The notes: generated by a model not told the origin, from the letters alone. Counted from the stretch's first letter, positions 10,901 to 20,444 are shown. The stretch: 64,000 bases of DNA from Caecitellus pseudoparvulus (GCA_965644315.1 CBFFRQ010000088.1:1-64000); one strand, 5' to 3'. Numbers and translations: made by a program.

Positions 10901-12210
10901 ACCACCACCTTTGCATATGGACAGTCAGCGGCGAGGGTCCCATCCGGCATGCCATCGCAGGTGCGGATGGAAATCGCGGTGGTGTTTGAGATGTCCAGAG
11001 CTTCCTCAGGAAAGTCGCTGCCGCCCAGCCTTCCAAGTTGCCCACGCCCGTCGTTACCCCAGCACACGACGGTGCCATCCAGACGCACTGCGCATGAGTG
11101 AACGTGCCCCACGTCGAGAGCAACGATGTTCTTGCCTATATTCACCACAGACGTGTTCAGCTGGAGTCCCAGCTCGCCCCCCACTTGCACGCCCGCCCCT
11201 TGCCCGACAGCAGCTTCTTGCAAGCCCCAGCAGATCACTTCCCCAAGCACGCCTTCTCGAGATCGAATCGCACACGAGTGCTGTACCCCGGACGCGACGG
11301 CGATCGCTCGACCACCCAGGGCAATGGCGCTGTCGCGGCTCAAGTCGCCTGGCTGGTCACCCAGTGAGTCGTCATGTGGCCGCCCAAGCAAGCCGTTCTC
11401 CCCGATCCCCCAGCAATACAGTTCTCCCGAGGCGCGAATAGCGCAGGTATGGTGCGATCCTGCGGACACTTGCACTACGTCGTAGCCGATGGGGACTTCG
11501 AGCCCGCTGTGCAGTTCACCTGGCGTGTCTCCAAGGGTATTTGTGGAGCCGAGTCCCAGCTTTCCGTTTGCACCGTTGCCCCAGCACACCAACGAGCCGT
11601 CCAACCGCACAGAGCACGTGTGCGTCTCACCGCAGGATACAGATGCATACCCAACGTGGCTCTTTCGCTCGAGCCCGCCGGATGGCAGTGGGGCCGCATG
11701 TGAAACGTGGGCTGACGCGTCAGCGCCGTCGACAACCAGCAGGTGGGTACGCTCGCTGCCAGCGATGGACAGCACTCCTGCAGGCACTCGTAGCCACAGT
11801 GCCGGGGCATGTTGCTCTGGTTGACACGGCTCACTCGCGCGCCGGGAGGGGTGGGAGCACGGCACAGCCATGGCTGAAACCTGCATCACGGCGGGCACTG
11901 TGCGCGTTGGAAGGTTCAGGAAAAGGGAAGCTTCAACCAGGCTAAATGAAGCGTCAGTGGCGCTCCAGTCACTGATTCCTACTTTAAGAGCTCGATCAAC
12001 TGGCCAAGACACTTCGACGAAAGTTGGTAGGTCAGCCATGGACTCCTTGGTCAGTGAGGTATGTTGGCTGGCGGTGGAGTTGGCAAGGAGCCACAGCGTA
12101 CCGGACGAGAAAGCCTCCCCCACATCCACCTGCACGTCTATGGCTCCCCAATACTCGTCGACTTGTGATACGAGTCCTTTAGTGCCTGTTGTCAATGCCA
12201 GCAGCAGCAT
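4933..12210 (-). CDS. Giant multi-pass receptor-like protein: two RCC1/BLIP-II propeller arrays, multiple IPT/TIG domains, FN3-like, Cys-rich region and multi-TM domain; C-terminus replaced by transposon sequence
   Basis: Hydrophobic N-terminus; ~14 RCC1 repeats (VSAGxxHTC...CWGxGxxGQLG); IPT-like repeats (P..GGxxVxVxGxxFG); Cys-rich CRPGHTGVLCNRC; TM region with FGFILRGY..YWEAVIMLRK. The last ~23 aa are encoded by the transposon end (4933-5004). Confidence 0.85.
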   Translation of the reverse strand: MLLLALTTGTKGLVSQVDEYWGAIDVQVDVGEAFSSGTLWLLANSTASQHTSLTKESMADLPTFVEVSWPVDRALKVGISDWSATDASFSLVEASLFLNLPTRTVPAVMQVSAMAVPCSHPSRRASEPCQPEQHAPALWLRVPAGVLSIAGSERTHLLVVDGADASAHVSHAAPLPSGGLERKSHVGYASVSCGETHTCSVRLDGSLVCWGNGANGKLGLGSTNTLGDTPGELHSGLEVPIGYDVVQVSAGSHHTCAIRASGELYCWGIGENGLLGRPHDDSLGDQPGDLSRDSAIALGGRAIAVASGVQHSCAIRSREGVLGEVICWGLQEAAVGQGAGVQVGGELGLQLNTSVVNIGKNIVALDVGHVHSCAVRLDGTVVCWGNDGRGQLGRLGGSDFPEEALDISNTTAISIRTCDGMPDGTLAADCPYAKVVVVATGRDHTCVLKADGTVACWGGESKYGQDGRNGLSTINEEPLEEKVDAGTDIVQISAGYRHTCIIRSDGSCLCFGDNGSGQLGSGDRHRFGHKPGHVTPEARWDFGGRVQHVSAGVAHTCFVLSDSEMLCAGDASNGQLGTGSVESLGQKPDWAKQQVTLRLQHIFKATSLFEASQRMPVIQVAAGGEHACLLLASPQSVLCFGSGGSGKLGLGSTQDLGSTPTGLSEANAVPIGPGVAYLAAGERTTGVLWPDGSLTMWGNGGRGRLGYDDDEDYGTESFPLSPTLRVDIGTNYTKLSLGDYSSCAIHASGSLHCWGENKDGVLGRNADGHLGNSPGDATIIASTPIPIGNVSDVAVGAQHACAVIIATQAVSCFGKGRDGALGMGNTNNYGTTKYPIDESHATNVGQPVVSVSAGDQFTCVLTVSARVTCWGNAVHGQTGRNSANDFGHNSAHLPLFDPNGPLSGLNFSSISAGRRHVCGILLETGEVVCWGRGTSGQLGRGDSESIGSSAGDLPASLRPVGIGGGVRQVSAGGDFTCAVKSDGGALCWGVNQVGQLGLGTADLYGTQPEHITLDSYISFRRPRLMVSAARFLHPSLQTLPFDLDARFAGQLRAIPNIQPQGSQLLGSITTPGPGPVTMRDSCPGGVTANWGGFALCTFDPRELVWWQRRPTASISLVEAEGGGRLAARGGRIVATGQLHWLAMWGTPSAEVLPAGVPCLSPRWEDWSRFTCDVGPVVGMNNSLRLEFSEGEAWVSQVESPPILHVSPPRIDFVGLDTSQMLADPQLLDPAGGQIVRVSGAHFGARREDVTVQVGQVPCRVLGPPDAVFSDSTLSFVTPHKQVGLERDQVLSITIAYQSVESPLQYAPSSVEGVTPQKLQVGAPQSTLTYNVSITGTFLGKHVDNITSAEIAGAPCGGLRLEGNKLTQWTLHCAELPASLMRQDAAGVNLTVLGEQVTSDLFTAMPAPTAGMKLGVSTLDGLPPSTTTPTEILLQGQRLGARASDVLSVSLGQCGSCLNPEWQSASAIKCTLPQCVGESVPVVLSLASGHTVAGTVDYEAPDILSVIPNQTFITAAPGTLELRVCGVAFGLSVQNISLSVAEASTSLIGLDGTCVDARIEDTSVLLSGEWELALRVGGQLAFMPRALRFIGKPQVAKVFPSQLSTLTGTNVTIEGFDLAPTGLEGDVLSISLGANGTQCSGIRVLNSRQLRCELPPFVGDDLPVTVTTRGGLSDTAEGVFFYPTPFVDFLSPTLVVPGRDAGMFELRGVNFGTWADQVQLNLGGASLRAVNITDTSMWCTLEEGSAWQPGSSLKSLSIGGQTAEFATAVTFAVLDRPRIDSIVPTTLEEGGSFTLKGAFFGWEAADFLQVQVAGAAAVCLFDDDTRLLCTMPQRVSIPGGLASNLSCTATNVVGSTQAAQTLAYPVYGVPTVVPQGLTVSRDNPDAFNTAEARFDLPAAAEAPRAWQLAIAEGEAALEAATAAIAGPPASADVTNIVCPSPQCQLTGTSYTFFISTLIAHTPYWVWVRAWNSPEQLGPWSDPAGPAVETCQSDSYIADFRHITQQQCVKCNPSVRLCSGGGAATVLAAQGHAVTPWDATRVDIIPCIVPLACQGGSNTTQEQSRCRPGHTGVLCNRCKAGWAPNAEKLCVQCPHPAVGVLQAIAGLLVLLAIMAFLVRSALTVDTERRSGQVVIKKVALNHVQQVSLMLGFRFTWPGFMNDLLQSMDLAATVGGDVLAPRCALPDAYGSFVYTRAIVSLLALPSIAAVAGTVFWLGTVAAGKLSRSLLLPRLAMTATVAAYALHVTLTQGALTLFMCRTYGASSRSNRLVGDLDIDCDDPAHEVWQGALGVPSLLLFTLGIPLLFIGLLFRLRRKLKSHSVQNLFGFILRGYSREAFYWEAVIMLRKAGLATAITFLSPVAVSQQVYAAQVIVIVGIMVQVYKQPFRKFYYNRLEECSLWVTLGRVSLRPAEASESRKSVKRECIF
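4988..5007 (-). repeat. Right TIR (4988-5004) plus putative target-site duplication CAG (5005-5007)
   Basis: Minus strand reads host TGG GTG ACG CTG, then GGCCGTGTCTCATTGAG. A GGC-starting TIR and CWG target are typical of Harbingers. Confidence 0.78.
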
Positions 12211-12692
12211 TGTAGTTGCCCTCCAAGGGGCACCAGACCTTGGGCAGCGCTGTGACTGCGGAAATGCAACGCAACGTGCGTGCTTGGGGGCAGCACCTTC
12301 CTGGTCGGCATTATAGCATTCGAGCGCCTGTGCAGCAGCATCAGCAAATCATGCAACTCACTCGTGCCCCCCCATACTGCATTCTTTGCTTGAGCAGCAC
12401 GGCGCCGCCGCTCAGGGCTGAGCAGCGTGGATTGCGTCCCAAGGCGCCAGCTGATTCTGTCTACCCTGGCGCGCGGATCGACCAAGTAGTTTGGCAGGGC
12501 CAATTCTATCTTCCGATTAAAGTCGTTCTGCACAATGTGAAATGTGCTTGCACATAATTGTTCGCTAAGTGGGAGTGAATTCGAGCCTTCCGTCACGTTG
12601 GCTCTGTCAAGCGCTCTTGGTAGGGGGTTGCGCGGCAGGTAAAGAACAGCGACTCTCCCATCGAACAGAGCTGACCAGTCAATTTGAGCCAT
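12192..12692 (-). CDS. Uncertain small ORF or 5' exon of the RCC1/IPT gene
   Basis: ATG at 12692 (MAQIDWSALFDG...). A possible 50-nt intron 12328-12377 (GTATGG...CACAG) would join it in frame to the 2425-aa ORF. No recognisable domain. Confidence 0.3.
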   Translation of the reverse strand: MAQIDWSALFDGRVAVLYLPRNPLPRALDRANVTEGSNSLPLSEQLCASTFHIVQNDFNRKIELALPNYLVDPRARVDRISWRLGTQSTLLSPERRRRAAQAKNAVWGGTSELHDLLMLLHRRSNAIMPTRKVLPPSTHVALHFRSHSAAQGLVPLGGQLQCCCWH

Positions 12693-13011
12693 CAGGGCTG
12701 CTGCTCTCTTGGGCTGTGGAAGTGGCACCGTCCGGAGTCCTCTGCGCCCGACGAACTGCTTCTCACCGACTTCATGAGATGATGACGCACAAGTCAAATT
12801 CCACTTCCACTGACTGCCCGCAGAGCTACATACTGGAGTCATTTCTATGATTCAGTGCTGCATAGTGCCTTGCTCGCGCAGTGCACACATAGCCTCGCTT
12901 AGAAGAGCAGCAGACCGAAGCCAGCAACGCCGTAGGTTGCACCAGCCCCTGATGCACGCCTCAGGCGCCGACCAACCACCTGCGACGACCATCTCCCTCA
13001 ATTCAATGCAG

Positions 13012-13816
13012 ATGTCAGCTGCAGGAACAGGGTCGCGGCTGACGCATCCGGACTTTGCCTTGACCAGCAGGCGGCGAAGGGTGCGGTCGTGAGGGGCAAA
13101 TTCCGCTGCAACGGCTGCGCACTCCTCCCCCGCCCCACGGACACAGGTGCGTCCGAAGCTGACAGATGAGCAGAAGCAAGAAGTCAAGGAAGCATTTGAC
13201 TTGTTCGACTCGGAGCACACGGGGAAGATCGACTACTACGAGCTCAAGGTGCGTTTGTGGCGCTTGCCCAGCGTGGCGTTGCTCTCTCTCATGCTCCACC
13301 TGCACGCTCCCAGACTGCCATGCGTGCTCTGGGTTTCCCTGTGAAGAAGGCGGAGGTGAAGTCCCTCATGTCTTCGTATGACATTGATGGCACTGGGAAG
13401 ATCGAGTACTCCGACTTCGTGGACATTAGTGCGTTGAGTGAACACTCCCGCTTGCTCGTTGTCACCTTCACCGCAACCTGTGATGCCCCTCACACAGTGA
13501 CCGAAAAGTACGCCGCACGGGACCCAGAGGAAGAGATCCGCAAGGCGTTTGCGCTGTTTGACGAGGAGGGCAACGGCAAGATCACATTGAAGGTGTGTGG
13601 CCGCCGCCGTCCGGGCTGGGATGTTCGCGGTCCTCCACACCTACTCCCCCCCCCCGTCCCGTCCCGCAGAACATGCGGCGCATCGCCCGTGAGCTGGGGG
13701 AAGGCCTGAGTGAGGACGAGATGGCGGCCATGATCGAGGAGTTCGACCAGGACGGCGACGGCGCCATCACAGAGGAAGACTTCACCTACATCATGAAGCA
13801 GACCAGCGTGTTTTGA
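13012..13816 (+). CDS. CETN3: Centrin (centrin-3/CDC31-like EF-hand protein), 5 exons
   Basis: Spliced product [69 protein letters not shown]. Introns 13081-13146, 13249-13313, 13429-13497, 13593-13669. Start could instead be 12952 or 13006. Confidence 0.93.
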
Positions 13817-13835
13817 GCAGGCTCAGCCGGCCAGG

Positions 13836-13845
13836 CAATGCATTG
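13836..13845. terminator. Candidate bidirectional 3'-end/polyadenylation motif CAATGCATTG (representative copy)
   Basis: Perfect palindrome ~20 nt from both convergent stop codons (13816 and 13864). Related motifs occur after many other stops (see findings). Confidence 0.45.
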
Positions 13846-13863
13846 TTCAGCGCAGGGAGGGCG

Positions 13864-16800
13864 TCACACGTGTTTGGAAGGGCGCCCCGCCCCAGCCCAG
13901 TTCACGCCCAGGAGGCCTGACTGTACGCCAGTCACGGTGGGGGGCATCCCAGCCCCATCACGCATGGAGCGACTGGGGGGCATGCTCAGTCGAGGCGGCT
14001 TGTAGGAGGCAGGAGAGGCGGGCTGCGTGGCTCGCGGCGTGACGGAGGGTGCGTGGGGGCAGCATGCGTCGCAGCAGAGCAGGCCCAGGCAGCACGCCGT
14101 CACGAAGCGCAGCAGTGCCCCAACCACCGCGCCAACGCCACAGCAGGGCGTGGGCACGGAGTCACTCAGGGAATCGGCGACGATCCACACCGCCTGAGCC
14201 GAGATGAACCCCGCCGGCTGCCCAGCCCCCCCATCCTGCGCCCCCATCAATGGCGTGGCGGTGGCCAGACGGGAAGGCCCAGCCCCCCCCACCTCCAGCA
14301 GGGGCTGCTCATGAGGTGCAGCGCTGCCAGCCCTCGGGGAGCGCGGCCCAGCGCAACAGGCCAGGTCCGGCGGGGACACGCCATCCGGTCCCCGCGCCAC
14401 GGCGTCCCAGTCCACGCCGCAGCAGGAGGCCACCTGCATCTCCCCGATGCCCGCCGTGTACATGTGCGGCGCGGCTCGTCGGCGCAGGCCAAAGTGCTGC
14501 TCGAGGTGCACCCACTGGGCGTGGGAGCGCACCCAGTCTCCCGCCGTACTCACTGAGCCTGCCCGGGACTCGCCCCCCCTGGAGGAGGGCAGCATGGCGG
14601 CTTCGCACAGACAGGCCTTGTCTGCCGCGCGGCCCACAGCGCTGCAGCAGGCAGCCACGCGCACGGCGAGGTCCAGCCGGCAAGCGATGCACCGGGCGTG
14701 GCACAACACGCAGGCGGGGGGACACGCAGACGCTGCAGGGGCGTGCCAGCCTCGGGGAGGGGACCCCCGCAGAAGGGGAGACTCCCACGCCCCCTTGGAC
14801 ACGTTGCGGGGGGGCAGGGCGGGCGGGTCACCGCCGCCCCCGCCACGGCCGCCTGCCTCCTGCATGGCGCCAGGGGGCAGGAGCCCGAAGAGGGCGGGGG
14901 AGGAGGGGGGATGGCTGCCCCCCCTCCACGTGGGCGTCGCGCCCCCCAGCACGCTGTCGTCGTCCAGGTCATCCCCCGCCACCGTCGCGCTCTGCCATGC
15001 CTGCAGGTCCAGCGGCAGCGTCGCGCCCGGCTGGCCCACTTGCAAGGACCCCGCCCCCCCCTCCTGCAGCGCCTTCTTGGCCAGGGCAGCTCGGGAGGCA
15101 GGCGTGGGCGCCGGGGCCGGCTCGGGTGCGCCGCATGGGTGCCTGCGCAGGACCCCCGCGACGCCCAGGGCGGCTGGAATGGAGAGGGCGATGGCGACCC
15201 AGGCGAGGAGGGGCGTGTCCCCTCGGCTCGTCGCGACATAGGCGGGGCTGAGCAGCACCAGTGCGTGGGTGTACTGGGGTGCGCCGCCCCACAGAGAGTA
15301 CAGCCCCAGCAGCAGCCCTGCAGCGGAGGAGCCCCCCAGGATGCCGGAGGTGGCCCCCGTCGCAGCCACCCGCGGGCTGCCCCGTGTGGCCAGGAGCTGC
15401 TGCGTCCCAGCAGCCGTGACGCCGCACACCACGTGCAGAGTGACCCACAGGGCCGACCAGCGACAGTGCAGCCACTCAGGCACGGGGGGAGGCATGGCCA
15501 TGCCTGGCGGCACATCTCGAGTCTGGATGTGACGAGTCAAGTCCATGCTTTCACCCCCCAAGCACAGCGCGCCCTGCTCCGCACTGCGCAGGGCTGCGGC
15601 CAGATCGAACTCTGCGGTGTCCCCGGCCAGCAGGGCGGCGAACGGCAGGGCCAGCACGAAGAGAAAGGCAGAGCAGAGGATAACGCAGGTGTTGGGGGGC
15701 AGGGCCCGGCCGTAGCACAGCGCTGAGGCGCTGGTGTTGGATGCGGCGGGGTCCTCTGCCGCCTCTGCGCAGCAGAAGCAGCAGGCCTCCAGGCACTCCT
15801 CACAGGAGCCGGCCTCGGGGCGGGGTGGCGCACGGCGGTCCCGGCGGGAGCGCTTGCGGGGCACGGTGTGCGGCCGGGCCACCTGCAGGGCGGCGTTGAT
15901 GCCGGTGAGGACGAGGTGCTCCCGGTACACAGTCACGGCGCCCATGAGCACCCAGCACATGAGGGTGATGCCCACTGCAACGGCCTGCTTGGTTGTGTGC
16001 GCGAGGATCTCGCCGTGCCTGGCGCCCACGCCCTCCCACTGTGGGTCGCGCAGGGCGTGGGGCGAGGACGCGTTGACGGAGTGTGGGGGGTGGGGCTGGT
16101 GCCAGCCTTCTGTCAGGCTGGCCACCCCAGGCGTGGTGCCAAGGCTGGCAAGCCAGAGGGCGATGGCAGCCGCCGAGAGGAATGCACCCCACTTGTGGCT
16201 GGGTGCGCTGCCGCCCCGGTGAAAGCACATCTGCATGACCAGAATGGAGGGGTGCATGACCATAGGCAAAATGGCCGCGGCTGTGGGTGGCAGCGCAGAG
16301 GCCGCGAGGTACAGGCCGCTGGCGGCTGCAGCATGCACCATGGTGAGTTTCACCGACGAGGACGAGGAAATGAGCGGTGCAGCCCGCCCAGCGATGCTCA
16401 CGGTAGCCGCTGCCACCTGCAGGGCGCGGGGGGAGGAGCAGGTCATGAAGGTGCTGCAAGTTCCGCACGGAGCAACAGAGCCCCCTGCTGCCTGTTCCCA
16501 CAGTGGGGCACTTACCCTGTCCAGGGCACACGCCAGGGCGCAGACACAAGACACCAACACAACTGCCTCCATGAAGGAGTACCTGCGGCGTTCAGGGTGA
16601 CGGGGTGGAGCAGGGGCTGTGTGTGGCTCTGGCCTTGGCGCAGAGCGGAACTTGGCTGCTCGTACGGTTGGAATGACAGCGCGTCGGCGGCCACCTTGAA
16701 GGAGACGCGCTCCACCATGGAGCACACGAACGAAATCACTATAAGGGACCCTACAGACATCTGCGAGGATGCGGGGTGGACGTGTGCAGCGTGCTGGCGC

Positions 16801-16884
16801 AGCTGTGCGAGGCTGGACTCTCACCCTGCACCTTCGTGGATCTTGGCCGACATGGTGCTCGGCTGGGCCGGGTGTGACCTCCAT
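13864..16884 (-). CDS. Multi-pass membrane protein, CRT-like (chloroquine-resistance-transporter-like/DMT) with long low-complexity C-terminus
   Basis: About 9-10 hydrophobic segments. The spliced N-terminus LIVISFVCSMVERVSFKVAADALSFQPYSFM and loop GALCLGG...C resemble CRT-like transporters. Several short introns near the 5' end. Confidence 0.5.
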   Translation of the reverse strand: MEVTPGPAEHHVGQDPRRCRVRVQPRTAAPARCTRPPRILADVCRVPYSDFVRVLHGGARLLQGGRRRAVIPTVRAAKFRSAPRPEPHTAPAPPRHPERRRYSFMEAVVLVSCVCALACALDRVSAPLWEQAAGGSVAPCGTCSTFMTCSSPRALQVAAATVSIAGRAAPLISSSSSVKLTMVHAAAASGLYLAASALPPTAAAILPMVMHPSILVMQMCFHRGGSAPSHKWGAFLSAAAIALWLASLGTTPGVASLTEGWHQPHPPHSVNASSPHALRDPQWEGVGARHGEILAHTTKQAVAVGITLMCWVLMGAVTVYREHLVLTGINAALQVARPHTVPRKRSRRDRRAPPRPEAGSCEECLEACCFCCAEAAEDPAASNTSASALCYGRALPPNTCVILCSAFLFVLALPFAALLAGDTAEFDLAAALRSAEQGALCLGGESMDLTRHIQTRDVPPGMAMPPPVPEWLHCRWSALWVTLHVVCGVTAAGTQQLLATRGSPRVAATGATSGILGGSSAAGLLLGLYSLWGGAPQYTHALVLLSPAYVATSRGDTPLLAWVAIALSIPAALGVAGVLRRHPCGAPEPAPAPTPASRAALAKKALQEGGAGSLQVGQPGATLPLDLQAWQSATVAGDDLDDDSVLGGATPTWRGGSHPPSSPALFGLLPPGAMQEAGGRGGGGGDPPALPPRNVSKGAWESPLLRGSPPRGWHAPAASACPPACVLCHARCIACRLDLAVRVAACCSAVGRAADKACLCEAAMLPSSRGGESRAGSVSTAGDWVRSHAQWVHLEQHFGLRRRAAPHMYTAGIGEMQVASCCGVDWDAVARGPDGVSPPDLACCAGPRSPRAGSAAPHEQPLLEVGGAGPSRLATATPLMGAQDGGAGQPAGFISAQAVWIVADSLSDSVPTPCCGVGAVVGALLRFVTACCLGLLCCDACCPHAPSVTPRATQPASPASYKPPRLSMPPSRSMRDGAGMPPTVTGVQSGLLGVNWAGAGRPSKHV

Positions 16885-17020
16885 GACTGCGCAGCAGCCC
16901 TGCTGGGCTGTGTCTATGCCACGCACGTCAACGTTGGACAAGGGCTAATTCAGCGCTGCATTTGAAAGTGGCCCCTGTGCACCACCGTTACCTCGAAGCA
17001 GTTGGCATGGCCTCGCTGCA

Positions 17021-18304
17021 TCATGCGCTCCGCATGCGGCCCCGCAGCACAAGACGTGTGCCACCCTTGGCCCGCTTCACAACCAGCGATCCACTCTCCA
17101 CTCTGGCATGCGGAATGCTCAGCAGGGCTGCCAGACTGACGGAGACGGTGTGCCCGCCGATGCCCAGCGCCAGCAACTTGCCATCCTCCGACACCAGCAC
17201 ATCCTGCACTGCACACTGCGTGCTGGGCGCAGAGAAGACCCACTTGAAGGCGCCATCGGTCACAGTGCCTTGTCCATGGGCCGTCACCTGCTCTGCTGTC
17301 AGCTTGCTGGGCTGTAGTGGGGTGCTTGTCACCTCCCGGATGCCAGGGCGCTCCTCACCGCCCAGCGCAGACACCACGGCGGACGGCGTGAGCGGCTGCT
17401 CCTTGGCAGGCGCAGGTTTGGGGCGTGTGAGGTGCACTGTGGGTGTTTGCGCCTTGGGTGGCTTGCCGCGAAGGTAGAACGGCCAGGTGGTGCAGAGGCC
17501 GCTGGCCGGACCAGGCATGCCTGCCCACCCCCTGTACGTGGCAGATAGGACCTTGCCTGGGCGCGCCAGGTGACAACCGGCAGCTTCTTCCACTGTGCCC
17601 AGTGCGAAGTCCACGACAGCGCTGTGGAAGGTGCTGCTCTGCTGCATGTGCTGCAGCACCCAGGGGTGCACGAGGATGTCCACCACCACAGTGGCCTTGC
17701 CGCCCTGCCCAGGCACAGATCGTGCCGCCCCCACTGCAGTGTGGATGGTCAGGTTGAGCTCTGCTGCCGCTGCTTCGCGTGCAGAAGCGACGGGGGGACG
17801 GTCTGCTGCTGCGGCCGCTGCAGGACCAGCAGTGGTGGCTGCGACAGCCCGCCCGTCAGGCAGGGAGGGGGCTTGCACGCGTTGAGAGGTGCACAGGTTG
17901 ATGAGGACTTTGGAACCACTGGAGGCGGCACGCAGCGGCTCTAGATCTGGTTTGTTGGGCAGGGATGGCAGCTTGGCTGCCGGGTCAACGCTTGCGAGCG
18001 CTGCCTTGAGCACCATCCCTGGGTCAGGGTGCACAAAGCCCCTGTCTACATCCACTGCTTCTTTCTGCTGGCTGATGAAGGCCTGGTAGGCGGAGGGGTC
18101 ACTGTCAGCGAGGTCATCCAGCATTTGCCAAATCTGCTGTGCCTGCGTTGCCATCTCGGGCGGCACCTCCACGCCTCCCCCAAGGGCGGCAGCTGCAGCA
18201 GAAGTCGCAGAGGAAACATCGGCCTCTGTGAGCGAAAGGGAAACGCATGGTTCATTGGGATCTCTTGCGAAGAGCTCAACAAGGCACGCACTGAGGCCGT
18301 CCAT
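17021..18304 (-). CDS. PIH1D2: PIH1-domain protein (PIH1D2-like; R2TP-like/dynein-assembly co-chaperone)
   Basis: QIWQMLDDLADSDPSAYQAFISQQ, FVHPDPG, KVLINLC and VVDILVHP match the PIH1D2 N-terminus and PIH1 core. Confidence 0.8.
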   Translation of the reverse strand: MDGLSACLVELFARDPNEPCVSLSLTEADVSSATSAAAAALGGGVEVPPEMATQAQQIWQMLDDLADSDPSAYQAFISQQKEAVDVDRGFVHPDPGMVLKAALASVDPAAKLPSLPNKPDLEPLRAASSGSKVLINLCTSQRVQAPSLPDGRAVAATTAGPAAAAAADRPPVASAREAAAAELNLTIHTAVGAARSVPGQGGKATVVVDILVHPWVLQHMQQSSTFHSAVVDFALGTVEEAAGCHLARPGKVLSATYRGWAGMPGPASGLCTTWPFYLRGKPPKAQTPTVHLTRPKPAPAKEQPLTPSAVVSALGGEERPGIREVTSTPLQPSKLTAEQVTAHGQGTVTDGAFKWVFSAPSTQCAVQDVLVSEDGKLLALGIGGHTVSVSLAALLSIPHARVESGSLVVKRAKGGTRLVLRGRMRSA

Positions 18305-18627
18305 GGTCACTCTTCGTGCAGGTCCGTTACGGCGGCGTTTCGCTTTCCTTCAGCAGCGGGGTGAGGTGCCTGCCTTTGACCTTGTCCAGCGTTCCTGAAC
18401 AAGCTGGAATGCATCAAGCGCCTGGCCTTGTGTCACACAGTTCTTTGTTTTTTCCCTGTCAGTATTTTGCTTGCTTACACCTTGCGTGCCTTGCTTTGAC
18501 AGGCTTGGCCAGGCCAGCAGCCATCCTCTGCAGTGTGTATGGGGACACAAACATGTGACACCCAGCCGTTCAGACTCGTGTGCACACCCTGCAGTTCTTA
18601 ACTGATGACTTCACGCACCGTGCTGGG

Positions 18628-20051
18628 ATGCTTGCTCGCTCGGCAGCGGCTGCAAGCCGCGCCTGCCTCCGGGGCCTGTCAACCTCCGCAGCACCAACGG
18701 GGGTTGTCATGCTGAACATGGGAGGCCCGGGGTCTTTGGACGGGGAGCGGGACGGCGTGAAGCCCTTCCTCAAGAACCTGTTTCGCGACAGCGAGATTAT
18801 TCCCCTAGGCCCTCTGCAGGACTCCCTCGTGTGTCTGATGCGTGCACTGCGGTAATCGCACGCAAGCCGACATCACCGTGCGGCTTCCTTGCTCTGTGCA
18901 GAGCTCCTTCATTTCCACCCGGCGGACGCCCAAGATCAAGGACCAGTACTCTCAAATAGGCGGCAAGTCCCCCATCGGGGACTGGACTCGTGCTCAAGGC
19001 AAAGCCCTGGAGGCAAAGCTGGACAAGCTGTCGCCTGACGTCAGTGGCGCAAGCAAAGCGAGGCGCCTCTGCGCGCCCGCCCCGCACCCCACCGCCCCGC
19101 TCCTGCCTTGCACAGACGGCACCCCACAAGGCCTACACTGCGTTTCGTTATGCGCCGCCGTACGCTGAGGACGCACTGCGTCAGATGGCGGCGGACGGTG
19201 TGCGCCGTGCCGTTGCGTTTTCCCAGTACCCGCACTTCAGCTGCACGACGTCAGGGTCCAGCTACAACAACTTGTGGCGGGAGGTCATGCGCTTGGGCAT
19301 GGAGAAAGACATCACCTGGAGCCTGATCGACCGATGGCCCACGTTCCCCACCTACATCCGTGCCCTGACGCAGCGCGTGGAGGAGGGCCTAGCCACAGTG
19401 CCGGCGGAGCAGCGGCACTCCACAGTCATCATCTTCACGGCCCACTCCGTGCCCATGAAGGTGGTGAACCGCGGGGATCAGTACGTGGCAGAGGTGGCCT
19501 CCACCGTCTCGGCAGTCATGTCCCAGCTGTGGCAGCAGCAGGCGTCGCCACCGGCCCAGCGCAACCCGTACGTGCTGGCGTGGCAGAGCAAAGTGGGCTT
19601 CCTGCCCTGGATGGGCCCCAGCACTTCGGACGTGATCAAGGGCCTGGCGCGGCAGGGGCACACTTCTGTCCTTATGGTGCCGGTCGCGTTCACGTCGGAC
19701 CACATCGAGACGCTGTTCGAGATTGATATTGAGTACGCGGAGGAGGCGGAGGAAGCCGGCATCACAACCTTTGCTCGCGCTCCGAGTCTGAACGACTCCG
19801 ACACCCTCACGACAGCCCAAGCTGAGCTGGTGGCAGAGCACTTGGCCGCGGGACAGCTCTGCACGACGCAGTACACGCTGAACTGTGCAGGCTGCGTGAA
19901 CCCGGCTTGTCGCACGATCCTGAACCCTGCGGGGGGACCAGGCTCCTACAGCAAGCTGCGGGACTCGTACGGCACCCCTGGGCAAGTCCCCACCTGGCCC
20001 TCGGAAGCCGAGAAGGCCGCCATTCAAAGCACAGTGGGCCGCACGCCATGA
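18628..20051 (+). CDS. FECH: Ferrochelatase, mitochondrial
   Basis: Presequence-like N-terminus; TGVVMLNMGGP, GGKSPI, FRYAPP, FSQYPHFSCTTSGS, FTAHSVP, WQSKVG, AFTSDHIETLFEID. Introns 18829-18901 and 19040-19115. Confidence 0.96.
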
Positions 20052-20444
20052 TGCCCGAACAGCCCAGACCTCACCTGGCTGGCAGGCACCGGCATGAAAC
20101 AAGTTCATCAGGGTTGAATGTAGTATGTGTCAGAGGAGCCTGCGCTCGCCAGGTTTTCAGGGAATTGTGGGTTCCTTGTTCCCTTGTGCCGTGTCGGCGG
20201 ACACCGAAGGCCCCCTTCCATGGTTGAGCCGCGCCCAGCGAACACGTGGCTGCAAGGCGATAGACATAAAATGCACCCTCATCAACACCGTGCATGCCAG
20301 CTCTCTGTCTACGTCAGGCAAGTTTAGTTTATGGGTCGCTTCGCAAGGGCAAGCGTCTCTCTACCGAGCAACTAGCACTCCACCCTCATCGACACGCAGT
20401 GAGGGTCGCACTGACGCCAGTGGAAAGGGAACTGAAGGCTTACC

